Below, in pieces: positions 58,918 to 64,000 of a stretch of DNA of 64,000 nt; position 1 is the first letter of the stretch; every line of letters starts with the position of its first letter. The notes under the pieces were generated by a model. It was not told the origin of the DNA and made no database searches. It saw only the letters and a program-made list of their open reading frames with translations. This stretch comes from Eledone cirrhosa (taxonomy: Eukaryota). Location of the stretch: positions 7,316,001 to 7,380,000 of the forward strand of contig OZ024755.1 in assembly GCA_964016885.1 (NCBI GenBank), read 5' to 3'. The position numbers and the translations under genes are program-made.

Positions 58918-58975
58918 CAGAGTTGCCTTCTCCTAGAAAAATGTCATTACAAAGGCTAGGGGTCCTTCACTCCCA
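58918..58975 (-). mobile_element. Diverged family A-like fragment
   Basis: Minus strand GGGAGTGAAGGACCCCTAGCCTTTGTAA...TTCTAGGAGAAGGCAACTCTG resembles 61282-61339. Confidence 0.5.
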
Positions 58976-59039
58976 GTTGTTTAACCGCGCAATCGGAATT
59001 CCAGACTGATTATTTCTATGTCCACGCGCATATACATAC

Positions 59040-59118
<79 letters not shown>

Positions 59119-59859
59119 GGCACACAGAGCTATTCAAACAAGGCGCACCATTGATAGTGAATTTAATTTGATGCTACTTCAATATTTCAGGATGAGAGAT
59201 AAATATAGGGGAAGGGTGTAATCTACTTTACTTTATCATCATATCCAACGATACCAATATATCCAACCGTTTATTACCCTGTAATACAACTATATTAAAG
59301 TGTGCTTGTTATTTGGTCGTACAACGATATCATTGTCTCTATCAGTGCATCTTTTAGTAATACAACGATATCATTGTACCCAGCTTTGCTTTATGACAAC
59401 TGTATCAATATATCTCATAGGACTTGTTGAAATAACTATAGCAATTTATTCAACAGAGCTTTGCCTATTGAAACAGCCATATCAGTATATCTGTTTAAAC
59501 AATAATATCAATAGAATATATAATAACCTTTTTATTCAGCTTATACTATGTGATTTATCGAAAGGATTTTTGTAAGTACATGTATCTTCTTACAGTAAAG
59601 AATATGAATTCACTCTTTGTAAGATATGTCGTTAAAGTTTTATATCCATTCTTTTCTCTGTTCAGTAATTATACAAGGATTCGATATTGTAGTCTAGCCA
59701 TCATCCAATAAGTGACTCCTATTTGAGTATTTCGATTAACACAAATGATAGAAACCACCAGATGCCACCTCTGGTTCTACAATACAAAACTATTCATTTT
59801 AAAATATGTGTTTTATATTTGTGTATATATATATATATATGTATATGTATATATATATG

Positions 59860-59927
<68 letters not shown>

Positions 59928-59941
59928 TGTATGTATGTATG

Positions 59942-59989
<48 letters not shown>

Positions 59990-59990
<1 letters not shown>

Positions 59991-60163
59991 ATAGAGAAAA
60001 TTGAGGTTGGTAATGGCACATGGAATATATAAGAGACAGAATACTTTTTTGTGAAAAAACATATAATTTTATAAGGTAAGGAAATAATAAAGGGTATAAA
60101 AAATGACCGGTTTCGGTCATATATATATTCCATGTGCCATTACCAACCTCAATTTTCTCTATA
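59990..60163. repeat. Perfect 42-bp inverted repeat with 90-bp spacer
   Basis: Arms 59990-60031 and 60122-60163. The spacer ends in ATGACCGGTTTCGGTCAT (minus strand CC-GAAACCGGTC, hammerhead stem III-like). Confidence 0.85.
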
Positions 60164-60195
60164 ACCTTCGTTTTGTGTAGAAAATTACACTTTTC

Positions 60196-61080
<885 letters not shown>

Positions 61081-61081
61081 A

Positions 61082-61691
61082 TGTCAGGTCACCAGTTGGT
61101 GCTACTGGTAACATGTATCCCAGTACAACCTGTCCCATGGTCGGGTCGTTGGCGACTAAACTGGCAACCCCACCAAGGTTTCTTGGTGAGGAGGGTGACT
61201 TTGGACATCCTGCAGGACTAAATACAAAACCTGTCAAAGGGCAAAGGAGCTCTTAAGAGTCAATGGCCATCCAAAATCACCGGGAGAGATGACCCCTTAG
61301 CCTTTGTCAAGGCAGAATTCTAGGAGAAGGAAAACTCTGATATAACACCTGCAACCCTGATGGTATCCAATGATGTTGACTTGTTCTTCTTTTTGGTAAA
61401 TATCATCTGGGTTAAGAGAGTGGGACTGGCTTTGTGCAGTGCCTTTGCTCACTATAAAAGCTTCACGGCACAGGCATTGCTTTATATCTGGAGATCTCTC
61501 TGCACTTGTCGTCACATGGTACCATGGGCCCAGCACTATGTGTCAATAATTGTCACAAGTGTAGTGTTTGTACCAGAGTTTTCAAGTCGCTGGCTGGACT
61601 AAAAAGTCACACTCGTTCAGCGCATCGGTAGGGGTTCTCCTACATGGATATAAAGTAGTGGCCGTACTCGAAAACGAGTTGGCAGCCACCA
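61082..61691 (+). mobile_element. Family A non-autonomous RTE-like retroelement, apparently full length
   Basis: Nearly identical to 1415-1916 over ~500 bp. Contains CTAGGAGAAGGAAAACTCTGA and a 3' coding remnant [22 protein letters not shown] (C2H2 motif typical of RTE ORF ends). Embedded in (TA)n. Confidence 0.8.
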
Positions 61692-61869
61692 TATATATAT
61701 ATATGTATGTATATATATGTATATATATATATGTATATATATGTATATATATATATGTATTTATATATATGTATTTATATATATGTATTTATATATATGT
61801 ATTTATATATATGTATTTATATATATGTATATATATATATGTATATATATATATGTATATATATATATG

Positions 61870-61920
<51 letters not shown>

Positions 61921-61990
61921 GTATATATATATATGTATATATATATGTATATGTATATATATATGTATATGTATATGTATATATATATGT

Positions 61991-62022
<32 letters not shown>

Positions 62023-62981
62023 GTATGTATATGTATATATATATATATATGTATATATATGTATATGTATATATATATGTATATATATGTATATATATGT
62101 ATATATATGTATATATATATATATGTATATATATGTATATGTATATATATATGTATATGTATATATATGTATATGTATATATATGTATATGTATATATAT
62201 GTATATGTATATATATGTATATGTATATATATATATATGTATATATATGTATATATATATATATGTATATATATGTATATATATATATATGTATATATAT
62301 GTATATATATATATATGTATATATATGTATATGTATATATATATGTATATGTATATATATATATATGTATATATATGTATATATATATATATGTATATAT
62401 ATGTATATATATATATATGTATATATATGTATATATATATATATGTATATATATGTATATATATATATATATGTATATATATGTATATATATATATATGT
62501 ATATATATGTATATATATATATATGTATATATATGTATATATATATATATGTATATATATGTATATATATATATATGTATATATATGTATATATATATAT
62601 ATGTATATATATTGTATATATATATATATGTATATATATGTATATATATATATATGTATATATATGTATATATATATATATGTATATATATGTATATATA
62701 TATATGTATATATATGTATATATATATATATGTATATATATGTATATATATATATATGTATATATATGTATATATATATATATGTATATATATGTATATA
62801 TATATATATGTATATATATGTATATATATATATATGTATATATATGTATATATATGTATATGTATATATATGTATATATATATATATGTATATATATGTA
62901 TGTATATATATGTATATATATATATGTATATATATATGTATATGTATATATATATGTATATGTATATGTATATATATATGT

Positions 62982-63013
<32 letters not shown>

Positions 63014-63804
63014 GTATGTATATGTATATATATATATATATGTATATATATGTATATGTATATATATATGTATATATATGTATATATATGTATATATATG
63101 TATATATATATATATGTATATATATGTATATGTATATATATATGTATATGTATATATATGTATATGTATATATATGTATATGTATATATATATGTATATG
63201 TATATATATGTATATGTATATATATGTATATGTATATATATATATATGTATATATATGTATATATATATATATGTATATATATGTATATATATATATATG
63301 TATATATATGTATATATATATATATGTATATATATGTATATGTATATATATATGTATATGTATATATATATATATGTATATATATGTATATATATATATA
63401 TGTATATATATGTATATATATATATATGTATATATATGTATATATATATATATGTATATATATGTATATATATATATATATGTATATATATGTATATATA
63501 TATATATGTATATATATGTATATATATATATATGTATATATATGTATATATATATATATGTATATATATGTATATATATATATATGTATATATATGTATA
63601 TATATATATATGTATATATATGTATATATATATATATGTATATATATGTATATATATATATATGTATATATATGTATATATATATATATGTATATATATG
63701 TATATATATATATATGTATATATATGTATATATATATATATGTATATATATGTATATATATATATATGTATATATATGTATATATATATATATGTATATA
63801 TATG

Positions 63805-63835
<31 letters not shown>

Positions 63836-64000
63836 GTATATATATGTATATATATATATATGTATATATATGTATATATATGTATATGTATGTATATGTA
63901 TATATATGTATATATATATATATGTATATATATGTATATATATGTATATATATATATATGTATATATATGTATATATATATATATATATATGTATATATA
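61692..64000. repeat. Long (AT)n/ATGT array running off the window end
   Basis: Direct reading; over 2.3 kb. Confidence 0.97.

Noticed and set aside
59540-59571. Next exon of the pentraxin gene (CAG...GTAAGT)
   Set aside because: It has a stop codon in the required phase-1 frame.

Overview
AT-rich, intron-dominated animal genomic DNA, most likely a coleoid cephalopod such as Octopus (inferred from extreme (AT)n/(AC)n/(AG)n load and tRNA-derived CORE-like and Nin/Deu-like SINEs). Nearly all long ORFs in the supplied track are microsatellite artefacts. One real spliced gene is readable on the + strand: a putative signal-peptide exon (31261-31375), an EGF-like exon (43407-43526), two exons forming a pentraxin/LamG-like domain (51311-51610, 53560-53877) and a Cys-rich exon (55169-55234). 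All are joined by phase-1 GT-AG introns, giving an SVEP1-like EGF+pentraxin extracellular protein whose 3' end was not found. A weaker second gene candidate (5514-5627, 17458-17520) follows an RFX X-box-like motif. The most striking non-coding signal is a set of short modules embedded in (TA)n tracts. Several carry type I hammerhead-ribozyme folds of the minimal Penelope-like-element (PLE) kind, and several are long fold-back palindromes whose turning point lies in or next to the hammerhead, with arms that are complementary copy by copy. Other repeats: bipartite RTE-like non-autonomous elements, CRE-, RTE- and Tx1/L1-type LINE fragments, a Tc1/mariner-like MITE, a hAT-like MITE, and tandem SINE arrays. 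All calls were made by eye with no database searches.
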